Source: Candidatus Caldarchaeales archaeon
GTDB taxonomy: Archaea; Thermoproteota; Nitrososphaeria_A; Caldarchaeales; Wolframiiraptoraceae
Direction of reading: 5' to 3'
Assembly (NCBI GenBank): GCA_039630055.1
Contig: JBCNVN010000001.1
Location: forward strand, 128,001 to 192,000
Length of the DNA stretch: 64,000 nt
In this document: positions 1 through 9,788 of the stretch, piece after piece
Layout of the letters: each line of letters starts with the position of its first letter
Position numbering within the stretch: position 1 is the stretch's first letter
Made by a program: the position numbers and the translations under genes
Notes under the pieces: model-generated
Databases searched by the model: none
Seen by the model: the letters and a program-made list of their open reading frames with translations, nothing else
Told to the model about the DNA's origin: nothing

Positions 1-534
1 ATAATTTTTGAAATCGAATTCTTGGATAGGGATCATTTCACCCTCGGGTTTTATTATGAACCAGTAAGACTTCAGCTTCTCCTCCATTAAGAGGGCTTTC
101 GAGACCGGTTCCTCCCTCTTAGATGTAAGACCTCCATAGCTTCTAAGCTGTTCAGCGAGAGGATGACCCTTAACCGCTACTACTAGTCGTTTATTCCATC
201 CAAATGGAGCATTATGAACTTCAAAATTCTTTGATGCTTCTTCTCTAATCTTCTTAATTATCGATAATGCTTTTTGAGGTGATGCTAGATCTGTACTCAG
301 ATGTGCATAGGGATATATTACAAGCTTCTCAATCTTCATCTTATCCATGAATTCGGCAACGTCTCTAACTAATTCTAGAGCTAAGCTTTCTTCATCATCT
401 CTCTCGACGCTTACAAGAACTAGAAGAGCATCGTGGATCCTGTAAGTTCTCTTCTCTACATCTTCATATATGCTACTCTCTTTCTCTATAGGCTCGTATT
501 CTACATAATCGACATGAAGCTGAAGTATCTTCAA
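1..534 (-). CDS. thrS: Threonyl-tRNA synthetase, archaeal type with N-terminal editing domain (runs off left edge)
   Basis: Hand translation from TTG at 534: MKILQLHVDYVEYEPIEK...YPYAHLS...HNAPFGWNK...KGHPLAEQLR...SKALLMEEKLKSYWFIIKPEG, open to position 1. Not in ORF track. Confidence 0.93.
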   Translation of the reverse strand, partial: MKILQLHVDYVEYEPIEKESSIYEDVEKRTYRIHDALLVLVSVERDDEESLALELVRDVAEFMDKMKIEKLVIYPYAHLSTDLASPQKALSIIKKIREEASKNFEVHNAPFGWNKRLVVAVKGHPLAEQLRSYGGLTSKREEPVSKALLMEEKLKSYWFIIKPEGEMIPIQEFDFKNY

Positions 535-760
535 TTATTAACACCTATCTAGAATCTTATCTTAACATTACTTTAAAAGCTTTCCATCACTCAACATATA
601 TCTACGAGAGCTCTAAGATGAGATACTATTAAATAGTATTCTAGATAATCCGGTGAGACAACAAAAATATCGAGGATTCAACGGTCACATGTATACCCAT
701 TGTAGAATAAGGTTACTCTTAAAAGAATAATAATAAGTGAGCTCGTAAAAGGTTCTATAA

Positions 761-2335
761 ATGGTGAGAGATAGGCTTATTCCTCGGACCATGGCCTCTC
801 AACATCCGGACAATGCTAGGACACCAAGCTGGAGTCGTAGTGAAGTAATAGCTGGTGAAGAAGAAGTTTACGAAGCATACTATTGTTATTCTGTGCTAGG
901 TTGTCAAGAAGTAATGTGGGATGCAGAAGGTAAAGATATAGATCCACAGGTTGTGAGAAAACTCTTAACTAATTTCAGCGACTACTTTAGAAAGAAGAAG
1001 CTGGGTGAAGATGTGTTTTTAACGCTAAGATTGCCGAATCCAATGATAGAGACTTCTGAGAAGAAGGTCTTTATAGAGACGCTTGAATCAATACCTAAAC
1101 ATAATGATGTAGCCGGCGTCTTCTATGGAGAACCCTCAACCGACTACGTATTCGAAGTAATCTTTCCATTTACAGCTAGTCATCATGATCTGATAAGAGT
1201 TAAAGAAACATATAGAAAGGCTATTGTAAGACCTTTAGATGAGCAGGTCGATTATCATGGTCTCAAGCTTAAGGAGCTTGTTGGAGAAGTCCATCCAAGA
1301 GATATAGAGGTTATCCCTCTACTAGAAGACATGGCCACGATGATGATATGCGACCAGATAGTATCTAGATACATAGAATTGACCTCACCAAGCTATGTAA
1401 GAGTTTTTATCGCAAGGTCAGATCCTGCCTTAAACTATGGCATAGTATCCGCTGTACTACTAGCTAAACTATCCCTATCTAAATTATCGAAGATTGAAGA
1501 GAGATTCGGTATACCGATATACCCTATAATAGGAGCAGGATCCCTACCTTTTAGAGGTCATAACTCTCCAGATAACATTGAAGGATTTCTAGAAGAGTAT
1601 AGAGGGGTCTGGACGGTTACTATACAGTCGGCTTTTAGATACGATTATCCAGAAGAAAAAGTAGTCGAAGTTATAAGAAGATTTAACAGTTTGCTCCCAT
1701 ACGGAAGACCAAGGGATATATCAGAGCTTGAGCCAGAAATATATCGATTGGTCCAGAAGTTCACATCAAGATATCAAGAATCTCTAGAGCTATGTATAGA
1801 TGCCATAAACTATGTGGCGACTTATATTCCAAGCAGGAGAAGCAGGAAGCTTCATATAGGTCTTTACGGATACTCTAGGAGAGCATTCGGTAAGTCTCTT
1901 CCAAGAGCAATACCATTTACTGGAGCATTCTACTCGTTAGGTATTCCTCCAGAGTTTATAGGTTTAAGAATGTTAAAAGATTTGAGCGAGACGGAGCTAG
2001 ATATCTTTAATGAGATTTATACTAAGTTAAGAGAAGACCTAGAGCTAGCTGGTAGAAGGGTTGTATGGGAATCGATCTCATTATTTTCAGATTATAGAGA
2101 TGAGCTATCAAGAAAAATCCCACCAGAATTCTTTAAAAAATTTATCCCATTATACTTGGAAGATCTAGAAACTGCATCTAACATCCTCGGAATAAAAATA
2201 GGACCTAGAACATTGTCCGATAGAAGATATGCGAATACTATAGAAAACTTTGTAATCTCGCTTATCGAAGGAGAGCATGATAGAGCTAGAGAAGAGATTG
2301 TAGAGGCAGCTAAGATAAGGAGATCTATTGGATAG
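761..2335 (+). CDS. ppcA: Phosphoenolpyruvate carboxylase, archaeal type
   Basis: IPRTMASQHPDN, QEVMWDAEGK, RVFIARSDPALNYG, GSLPFRG, HIGLYGYSR, LPRAIPFT motifs. Confidence 0.95.
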   Translation: MVRDRLIPRTMASQHPDNARTPSWSRSEVIAGEEEVYEAYYCYSVLGCQEVMWDAEGKDIDPQVVRKLLTNFSDYFRKKKLGEDVFLTLRLPNPMIETSEKKVFIETLESIPKHNDVAGVFYGEPSTDYVFEVIFPFTASHHDLIRVKETYRKAIVRPLDEQVDYHGLKLKELVGEVHPRDIEVIPLLEDMATMMICDQIVSRYIELTSPSYVRVFIARSDPALNYGIVSAVLLAKLSLSKLSKIEERFGIPIYPIIGAGSLPFRGHNSPDNIEGFLEEYRGVWTVTIQSAFRYDYPEEKVVEVIRRFNSLLPYGRPRDISELEPEIYRLVQKFTSRYQESLELCIDAINYVATYIPSRRSRKLHIGLYGYSRRAFGKSLPRAIPFTGAFYSLGIPPEFIGLRMLKDLSETELDIFNEIYTKLREDLELAGRRVVWESISLFSDYRDELSRKIPPEFFKKFIPLYLEDLETASNILGIKIGPRTLSDRRYANTIENFVISLIEGEHDRAREEIVEAAKIRRSIG

Positions 2336-2366
2336 GATAAGTGCTTGATCTATAAGGCTATCCGAT

Positions 2367-2482
2367 CGCCGGGGGTGGGATTTGAACCCACGAGCCCCGA
2401 AGGGGCATCGGCTTCCCTGTTCATTCTAACCATCTTCCCTAGATCTCGAGGCCGACCCTTTACCTGACTAAGGTACCCCGGC
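2367..2482 (-). tRNA. tRNA-Ser(CGA) with 31-nt intron at 37/38 (about 2414-2444)
   Basis: Acceptor GCCGGGG/CCCCGGC with G73, anticodon stem TCGGC/GCCGA with loop CT-CGA-G^A, long variable arm GCCCCTTCGGGGC, T-arm GTGGGTTCAAATCCCAC. No encoded CCA. Confidence 0.9.
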
Positions 2483-2530
2483 CTATATCACCATGACTCC
2501 GACGAGTATTTATTCTTAAAGAATAATACA

Positions 2531-3109
2531 CTATATCCTTGATGTAAATCCTTCAAGGTCTGGATAGATTTGTCCAAAAAACTGTATTAGTAGATATTCT
2601 ATAGTGGCAGCTAGTAAGAGTAGTAATGCTGTAGCTCCAAGAGATATCAGTATCCATCTAGACTCTCTTCTAACATTTCTCCTAAATATACTATAAGTAA
2701 GTAGTATGCTTTCGGTGAAGGCGGTACCATATGCTAGAAACTCAAGAAGCCCATAGAAGGTTAATATGGTTAGAGAGATCAAGAGGATAGATGGTACTCC
2801 AGTAGAATTAGCCACGACGCCTATCACTCTGCCTGTTACATAGATTATATATCCACCTACTAAAGGTCCAGCAACTGGGATAAACATTATTAGAGAGATT
2901 AAGAAGTTGTTGAGAAATATGTCTAATACAGTGTATCTTCTCTTTAAGATCTCTTCAGCTTCTCTCATTAGAGTTTTCAGCTCCTCGTCAGAGAAGGCGA
3001 GTATGGATGCAAAGTATAGAACTGAGAACAGTATAACAGTAAATATTAAGATTAATGCTATCCTCTTCTTAACCTCTATAACTCCACTCTGGATAATATT
3101 ACCATGCAT
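2531..3109 (-). CDS. SpoIIM-like integral membrane protein
   Basis: Several TM helices, IFLNNFLISL and YGLLEFLAY motifs. ATG at 3109 overlaps the upstream stop. Confidence 0.7.
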   Translation of the reverse strand: MHGNIIQSGVIEVKKRIALILIFTVILFSVLYFASILAFSDEELKTLMREAEEILKRRYTVLDIFLNNFLISLIMFIPVAGPLVGGYIIYVTGRVIGVVANSTGVPSILLISLTILTFYGLLEFLAYGTAFTESILLTYSIFRRNVRRESRWILISLGATALLLLLAATIEYLLIQFFGQIYPDLEGFTSRI

Positions 3110-4187
3110 CAAGCTTCTCGTCAACACTCCTCAAAATCTCTTCATATGCTTTGTTCTCTTGCTTAAGTTTTGGAATCGCCAACAATACCATAGGATCTAC
3201 ATCTCTAAGGACCGCTAAATAGAGACTTATGTAATCTACAAGGAGCAGCATTGACAATACTTCCTCTATCAGGACGCCTCCATCCAATTTCAGCTCGATA
3301 TATCTATCTCCGAGATATCTTGATAATGCTCGGTAGACTCCCTCCACATGATTATCATAATGGGAGATGCGGGGAGCTATCAAGATCGAATCTTCATCGA
3401 GTGCTTCAATATCATTATGGAGAGCTTCTGGAAGCTCTGATAGATGGGCGAAGATTTTAGAATTTTCATTTAATTGACATTTAAACCTATATGCTATAGG
3501 TAGAGTTCTTCCATAAGCATATATTATAGGGGTCCTGCCATATATTCGGGTAGCAGTATTCTTTGCCAAGTTATCTCTAGTTGGAATATTATAATCTAAC
3601 TTTTCATGGAATCTTCTTACATCTCCTATAGAATCATGTAGGTTCTCAACCTTGATATCTAAACTCTCAAGGATGCCAAGTATGGCTCCAAAGGTATGTG
3701 GAAAAGAGTATCTAGGCGGTATCCCTGGCTCAAGTAATACTATAGGAAGATTCTTCTTCTCAGCAAGCTTCTTCAACCTACCTCCTGATGTAACCACTAT
3801 TATGTTGGGATTACTATCTATGTTTTGTAGAAGAGTTGGAAACACTTCTGCACTATCCCCTGAATAGCTTACAGCGATTATTAATTTATCTGAAGATATT
3901 TTTATTGGAGTGTAATCTCTATGGACATGGATCTTAATCTCCTCGATGATGGATGATGCAACGTCTCCTGCTATAGCTGAACCTCCTATACCTAGATATA
4001 CTATGCTCGAAGGTTTAAACATAATATATCTTCTTCCAAGATCTAAACCTAGCTCGACATATCTATTAAAAGAGTCTATGTATCTTCTAGTAATGTTAAA
4101 TGCTCTCTGATACCAGTCTCTAGAATAAGCCTCAGGATCATCTAAGATACCGATATTGTCCACCTCAACCATTGATAATCCCGCCAA
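3099..4187 (-). CDS. Bifunctional phosphoglucose/phosphomannose isomerase (SIS fold)
   Basis: GIGGSAIAGD, AVSYSG, TSGG, PPR, RFKCQLNENSK, PEALHNDIE. Confidence 0.88.
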   Translation of the reverse strand: MAGLSMVEVDNIGILDDPEAYSRDWYQRAFNITRRYIDSFNRYVELGLDLGRRYIMFKPSSIVYLGIGGSAIAGDVASSIIEEIKIHVHRDYTPIKISSDKLIIAVSYSGDSAEVFPTLLQNIDSNPNIIVVTSGGRLKKLAEKKNLPIVLLEPGIPPRYSFPHTFGAILGILESLDIKVENLHDSIGDVRRFHEKLDYNIPTRDNLAKNTATRIYGRTPIIYAYGRTLPIAYRFKCQLNENSKIFAHLSELPEALHNDIEALDEDSILIAPRISHYDNHVEGVYRALSRYLGDRYIELKLDGGVLIEEVLSMLLLVDYISLYLAVLRDVDPMVLLAIPKLKQENKAYEEILRSVDEKLDAW

Positions 4188-4470
4188 AATATAATCATAT
4201 ACTTAGTTAACTTGTATCATTGAGATTATCTCACTCTACTCTAAGTTAAAGAAGAAAAAATATGGAGTCTCATAAAGGTCTCGGAAAACCTCTGAAGCAT
4301 TCTATATTAGACCAATCTCCATGTTCGAGATAAGTTATCGGAAGAGGGTAGTTCAGAGATATTGGTAAAGTATATTTAATCGATGGATTGGATCTATGAA
4401 TTGAAAAACAGATATGCATATATAGCATGAATTCTAGAATATAATCTTATTTTTCTCCCATTATATAAGC

Positions 4471-4965
4471 ATGGTTTTATCTTCAAGCGTCTCTTTAATG
4501 GATAAAGCCTACCAAGTTCATAGTTATCTAGACATGGGCCTTAATCGTCTTGAGAGGACTGTTGAAGAATTGAAACATAGAGTAGAGATGCTTGAATTAG
4601 CCCTTGATACAATATTGAAAAAGATACCCGAGATAAGGATAGTCTTAGAAGTTCCAAAGGTGATATTAGAGAAGAAACCGGTCTATGTAAAGATAAGAAG
4701 TAGCGAGCTCCATGGAAGAGTTATACTACTCGCACTAGACGGGTTCTTGAATACTTGGAGAACTGCAGGAGATATAACATCAGAACTTGTTAGGAGAGGA
4801 TGGGCACCCAAAGACTTTAAAGAGGTTAGACCAATATTGGAACATCTCGTATCTCTCGGGATCATTGAGAGGATCCGGTCGAATAGAAGAAGTAGAGGGA
4901 GGAGAGCCAAATGGTTGTATAAAGCATTTGATAATATTAGAGAGAAGGTGGAGTTGATACATTAA
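4471..4965 (+). CDS. Hypothetical protein: N-terminal coiled coil plus probable winged helix. Start uncertain.
   Basis: Heptad-like LERTVEELKHRVEMLE, C-terminal LEHLVSLGIIERIRS..R..WLY wing-like segment. Confidence 0.55.
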   Translation: MVLSSSVSLMDKAYQVHSYLDMGLNRLERTVEELKHRVEMLELALDTILKKIPEIRIVLEVPKVILEKKPVYVKIRSSELHGRVILLALDGFLNTWRTAGDITSELVRRGWAPKDFKEVRPILEHLVSLGIIERIRSNRRSRGRRAKWLYKAFDNIREKVELIH

Positions 4966-5077
4966 AGATAGATGTGGAAGAGGTGAGAAGAATAAGACTA
5001 ATTACAAGATGATATTCTCATCGTAATGTAGAAAACGGTAAGTAAATGGTTGATATCTATCTCTATATTTTTCAATC

Positions 5078-5611
5078 TTATATCGTTTCTTGTCCATAAT
5101 CAGTTTTAGAGATCTGCCTCATCCTCTCAACCCCATTTATCATCTTAATATACTCTACGACAGAACTTGAAGTATAACTCTTCCAGTCTTCACCCTCGAT
5201 CATCTTCTTCCTAATCAATGTTCCCACCAACTCATCTCTTCTATAGAGTTCTATGGACTTAACGGTGTAGCCTTCATCCATGAACAGTTTCTGTACAAGC
5301 GGATTATTTGAGTAGACTACATCGAATCTAGGTGTAAATGTTCTTACTCTTGAAACCCATAGAGAATGCTCACCGATGTCTGGTATCGGTATTAGGATCA
5401 CCTTCTCCAAAGGAATGCCCTCCTCTTTAAGCATCAGCCTGATCATCTCTATTCTCTCCCCAGCTGTAAATGGATTCATGAGTGTATAGCTAAACTGTGC
5501 ACTTCCGATAACGATAATGAGCTCATCACATTCTTCAAGTATCTTTTTTATAGCTTTTAGATGACCGATATGTGGTGGCTGAAACCTACCTATAAATAAT
5601 CCCCGCTTCAA
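5078..5611 (-). CDS. nadM: Nicotinamide-nucleotide adenylyltransferase
   Basis: GRFQPPHIGH, GSAQ, NPFTAGER, SNNPLV. Confidence 0.93.
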   Translation of the reverse strand: MKRGLFIGRFQPPHIGHLKAIKKILEECDELIIVIGSAQFSYTLMNPFTAGERIEMIRLMLKEEGIPLEKVILIPIPDIGEHSLWVSRVRTFTPRFDVVYSNNPLVQKLFMDEGYTVKSIELYRRDELVGTLIRKKMIEGEDWKSYTSSSVVEYIKMINGVERMRQISKTDYGQETI

Positions 5612-5652
5612 AGATCATCCGCCTAAAAACCATTGCACCGATATTTTAGGTA

Positions 5653-6744
5653 TTAGCCTCTCTTCAAACCAACTCCCTCTATAGTTATCTTGGCAGGCTC
5701 ACCTTCAGCACCATCCACCTTTACATCTTTATTGGTGAATATTCTACATAGTTCGAGACTTGTCAATGTATGTTGAGTTAGATTTGTTACTCTATACTCA
5801 GATACACCATCTGCCAGACATGCCCAGATAACAAGCTGGTCTCCCAGATGTCTATCTACTGGGGCACTCCTCTCTATCTCTTCTAGCAGTTCTCTGGAAG
5901 CTTCTTCACCTATCTTCTCTGCAGGCACACCTTTCTCACCTAGTTTATCTACACCTATCACTGGACCATCATTCAATTCAGCGAATAGTACTATTCCGCA
6001 TCCGGGGTCGAGAGAGCATTTAGGATCATTCGGTTGTAGAGCTTCCCTTATAATATCTACATCGTATCCCTCGTCTCCGAGGATCGTCTCCACAGTCTTC
6101 GCCATCCTCTCTACAATATGGCCTGGAAGTCTACAGCTGTAGCTGAGCCCTCTTATCTTCTTAACACCTTTAAAATCTACCAATCTTATAGGTTTCAATC
6201 TATCTACAGGCTTAGACTCCACCTTAACTATTCCTCCACCTCTAGGGTAGAAGCCTCTCTTGACTAGGTCTATCTCAAATCTTCCACCAGCCTCTCTTAT
6301 AACAGGCAGTAAGACTTGTTGTAAATACTCTACAGGTGGGGCCATTGGATTATTTGTTCCTCCCCTAAGCTCTATAAAGACTGGACCCGAAGTAAAACAC
6401 ATTGTAGGCATCAAGCTTTGGAGCATCAGAGTAGTACTTCCAGCCGTTCCTGCATCAAATCTGTGAGTACCTCCCTGGAGTCTCTTCATAGGTTTAAAAG
6501 TTATTTCTAGAGAGCCTACTGATAGGCCTGATACTTCAGCTGAAGCCAACGTAGCTACGGCTTTCACGGCCGTTAGATGCTGAGGTCTAAGACCAGGATT
6601 ACTCCGTTTAACTCTAATATTCTTTATCTTTATAGGTTTAAGTAAGACTGCAGATAATGTTACAGCATTTCTCAGTATCTGGCCTCCACCTTCACCCATA
6701 GATCCATCGATCTCTAACAGCATCTCTAGAGACTGAATCATCAA
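5653..6744 (-). CDS. rtcA: RNA 3'-terminal phosphate cyclase
   Basis: IDGSMGEGGGQILR, PGLRPQH, GGT, RGFYPRGGG, DRHLGDQL, HTLT. Confidence 0.95.
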   Translation of the reverse strand: MMIQSLEMLLEIDGSMGEGGGQILRNAVTLSAVLLKPIKIKNIRVKRSNPGLRPQHLTAVKAVATLASAEVSGLSVGSLEITFKPMKRLQGGTHRFDAGTAGSTTLMLQSLMPTMCFTSGPVFIELRGGTNNPMAPPVEYLQQVLLPVIREAGGRFEIDLVKRGFYPRGGGIVKVESKPVDRLKPIRLVDFKGVKKIRGLSYSCRLPGHIVERMAKTVETILGDEGYDVDIIREALQPNDPKCSLDPGCGIVLFAELNDGPVIGVDKLGEKGVPAEKIGEEASRELLEEIERSAPVDRHLGDQLVIWACLADGVSEYRVTNLTQHTLTSLELCRIFTNKDVKVDGAEGEPAKITIEGVGLKRG

Positions 6745-6988
6745 GCCTATTTTTAAATTAGACTCTCTTGAAATACTATACCTTATGATCTTTCAGAAAG
6801 ACAAGTAAATAATAAATGACCTAGAACCTTCCTCTACATATACTGAAAAATGCTCTCCACCTTATAGTATCGGTAGAATCTACCTAATATATTCAAGATT
6901 TAGTGTAGGCAGAGAATAGCTTAAGATAAAAAGACTATTTCCAAGTTATAGGTTATATAAGTGATCAGGATCGATATAGTGGAGCTCT

Positions 6989-7795
6989 ATGAGTAATTTA
7001 ACTCCGATAATTGCTTTAATTACAGACTATGGGCTTAAAGATACATACGTGGCCCAGCTTAAAGGGGTAATCCTCTCATATAGAAGAGACGTCATAATAG
7101 TAGATGTAACCCATGAGGTTGAACCTTTCAACGAGCTTGAAGCAGCATTTCTCCTATTAACCTATGTGAAATATATGCCTCCCGAGACCATCCATCTCTG
7201 CATAGTCGACCCTAAAGTCGGAGGTGAGAGGAGACCGATAATAATTAAAACCGTTAGGGGAGACTGCTTTATAGGTCCGGATACAGGGATCATGGCCCCA
7301 GCCGCAGAGAGTCTAGGCATCATGAATATCTATGAGATTGATCAGTCTATGCTTCCGAAGAGATTTAGTGAAACCTTTCATGGGAGAGATGTCTTCGCAC
7401 ATGCTGCAGGTAAGCTTTCTATCGGATTAAGCTTGGATAAGATCGGCAAGCTTATATCAGACTATGAGCGTATAGAGATCCCTAAACCCCTCTTTAGAGA
7501 AGACTTTATCGAGTCTACAGTATTACATGTGGATAGGTTCGGGAATATAATAACAAACCTCAAGTACAATGAGATAAACGTTGGGTTCGGAGATATAGTT
7601 GAGATATACATGCCTGATACTGTCGTAAGATGCCCTCTAGTCCAATATTATAGTAGAGTGGAGGAAGGGTCCCTGCTTACAACTATTGGAGGATCAGGCT
7701 ACTTAGAGATCTCCATCAATAAAGGAAGAGCCTCTGAAAAACTCCGTCTTAGACCTGGAGATAGACTTAAAGTCAAACTAGTTAAAAATATTTAA
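6989..7795 (+). CDS. SAM hydroxide adenosyltransferase (DUF62, chlorinase/fluorinase family)
   Basis: LITDYG, DVTHEV, VDPKVG, GPDTG, SETFHGRDVF, VDRFGN. Confidence 0.9.
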   Translation: MSNLTPIIALITDYGLKDTYVAQLKGVILSYRRDVIIVDVTHEVEPFNELEAAFLLLTYVKYMPPETIHLCIVDPKVGGERRPIIIKTVRGDCFIGPDTGIMAPAAESLGIMNIYEIDQSMLPKRFSETFHGRDVFAHAAGKLSIGLSLDKIGKLISDYERIEIPKPLFREDFIESTVLHVDRFGNIITNLKYNEINVGFGDIVEIYMPDTVVRCPLVQYYSRVEEGSLLTTIGGSGYLEISINKGRASEKLRLRPGDRLKVKLVKNI

Positions 7796-7835
7796 GAATT
7801 GGAAAGAGTAGTGATGGATGGAGAAGGGTGGTTGA

Positions 7836-8441
7836 ATGGCATTCCAATACCCATACCCTGGAGCAACCACTATCGGATTAAAAGGTAGAGATGCAATAGT
7901 TCTAGCTTCTGAGAAGAGGCTTACATATGGACATTTTGTAGTAAGTAAGACTGTTAAGAAAGTATTCCAGATTACTCCAAAGATAGGGATAGCATGTGCA
8001 GGTTTTGTTGGAGATATGCAGAATCTAGTAAGGAGTGCTCAAGCCGAGATAAACCTCTACAGATTCTCATATCAGAAAGAGCCTGAGGTAAGGACTGTGG
8101 CTAAAGTTTTATCGAATTATCTATTTAGCAGCAGGTTTTTCCCATACTTGGCTGAGAGTATTGTTGGAGGATTCGATGATACGGGAGGCCACGTGCTGGT
8201 ACTCGACCCACTCGGATCAATACTTGAAGATGATTATGCAGTAGTAGGTTCTGGCGCAGAGATAGCGATTGGGGTCATAGAGCTCTCATATCGACCAGAC
8301 CTAAATGAGAATGATCTTAGAGATTTAGCGATCAAAGCCATAAAAGCATCCATATCGAGAGATGCAGCAAGTGGAAATGGGATAGACTTTCTACTAATTA
8401 CAAATAATGGTATAAAGATGGCCGAAACAATACAAATCTGA
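7836..8441 (+). CDS. psmB: Proteasome beta subunit, probably non-catalytic (G-A-T-T at processing site)
   Basis: PGATTIG, ASEKR, KKVF, AGFVGD, GSG, RDAASG. Confidence 0.9.
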   Translation: MAFQYPYPGATTIGLKGRDAIVLASEKRLTYGHFVVSKTVKKVFQITPKIGIACAGFVGDMQNLVRSAQAEINLYRFSYQKEPEVRTVAKVLSNYLFSSRFFPYLAESIVGGFDDTGGHVLVLDPLGSILEDDYAVVGSGAEIAIGVIELSYRPDLNENDLRDLAIKAIKASISRDAASGNGIDFLLITNNGIKMAETIQI

Positions 8442-8536
8442 TGGGTTAGACTAAAGTTAACCCCTCCTTTTAAAATTTGAGAACTTGTATAACTATTCTC
8501 CTCTATAAAAACTTTCCTCAATTTATTTTGTACATT

Positions 8537-8565
8537 AACTAGTAGTTGAAAAATATTTATAAATA
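8537..8565 (+). promoter_or_regulatory. Palindrome AACTA-G-TAGTT abutting BRE/TATA-like element upstream of ribK
   Basis: Inverted repeat 8537-8547, then AAAAATATTTATAAATA about 25-30 nt upstream of ATG 8589. Confidence 0.35.
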
Positions 8566-8588
8566 ACTTTAAAGAATATAACACTGTA

Positions 8589-9305
8589 ATGAATCTATTA
8601 AATTTAAAGGAAAAGTTGTTAATATTTTTAGCACAGAGTGGAACATATACTAGAAGTCTAAGTATATCGACTTCAGCGATCGCCCAGAATCTAGGAACAT
8701 CGCAACAATCAGTCTCTAGAATACTTATACAACTAGAGCAAGAAGGATATATTGAGAAGGTAATAGTAGGAAAGACAACTCTGATAAGATTAACTGATAG
8801 GGGTCTTGATGAATTAAGAAACCTATATATTGTATTGAAGAATATTCTTGAGAAGCCTATGGAGATAGTTTTAGAGGGAAGGGTCTTCTCAGGATTGGGA
8901 GAAGGATTCTACTACATGAGTCTACCACAATATTTTGAACAGATAAAAGAACGTGTAGGATTTACACCTTATCTTGGAACACTGAATATACAGCTACTAT
9001 CTAAAGATTCGATAGAAAATCGAATGCTGCTTGAGAAGAATGCAGACATAATTATCGAAGGGTTCAGTAACGGTCAAAGAACTTATGGTGGAGCAAAATG
9101 TATAAAAGCATTATTTAATGGAGAACAAGAAGCAGCATTAATATTTGCCGAGAGAACTCATTATGGGAGAGATGTCATAGAGGTTATTGCACCAGTATAT
9201 CTCCGAGGGAAATATGGTTTAAGAGATGGTGATAAAGTATTCGTAAAAGTAATCCTGAAAACCTCTTCTCAGAATGATAAAGTGATCGCCGCCCAGGCAA
9301 AGTGA
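8589..9305 (+). CDS. ribK: CTP-dependent riboflavin kinase with N-terminal wHTH (RbkR-type)
   Basis: HTH GTSQQSVSR, kinase motifs SGLGEGFYY, PYLGTLN, RTHY, EVIAP. Confidence 0.92.
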   Translation: MNLLNLKEKLLIFLAQSGTYTRSLSISTSAIAQNLGTSQQSVSRILIQLEQEGYIEKVIVGKTTLIRLTDRGLDELRNLYIVLKNILEKPMEIVLEGRVFSGLGEGFYYMSLPQYFEQIKERVGFTPYLGTLNIQLLSKDSIENRMLLEKNADIIIEGFSNGQRTYGGAKCIKALFNGEQEAALIFAERTHYGRDVIEVIAPVYLRGKYGLRDGDKVFVKVILKTSSQNDKVIAAQAK

Positions 9306-9308
9306 AGT

Positions 9309-9758
9309 CTAATCTCTCATCATCTTTTTCAACTTCTTTATTATATCACTCGTACTGTTTATGTCTCCAAACTTGTAACGTCTAGCCCTATATATTTTAA
9401 TCTTTAAATTCCTCTCTTTTAAGAACTCCTTAAAATTCTTCATCAAGTTTTCTTGATCGTATCCGAAGACAACGATGTCTGGCTTAACCTTCTTTATCAC
9501 CTTCTCAAATGAGAACTTCTTGTAGCCTACAATAACTTCATCTACAGGTTTAAGATTAGAGATTATAAAGGTTCTAGACTTTTCATCGAATAGTGGTTCC
9601 CTCTTCTTCCTTATCCTTATAGTCCTATCCGTAGCGAGGACAACTACCAGTTTAGAGTTCTTACCACCGATCTTCTTAGCCTCCCAAAGCATCTTGATAT
9701 GTCCTGGATGTATTATATCAAATGCTCCAGATGTTAATACTACTTTCCCTTTCCTCAT
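9309..9758 (-). CDS. ribL: FAD synthase, archaeal (cytidylyltransferase-like)
   Basis: GAFDIIHPGH, KPDIVVFGYDQ, NSTS. Convergent with ribK. Confidence 0.85.
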   Translation of the reverse strand: MRKGKVVLTSGAFDIIHPGHIKMLWEAKKIGGKNSKLVVVLATDRTIRIRKKREPLFDEKSRTFIISNLKPVDEVIVGYKKFSFEKVIKKVKPDIVVFGYDQENLMKNFKEFLKERNLKIKIYRARRYKFGDINSTSDIIKKLKKMMRD

Positions 9759-9788
9759 TCTCCAACCACCGTAACTATAAATCGAGAT

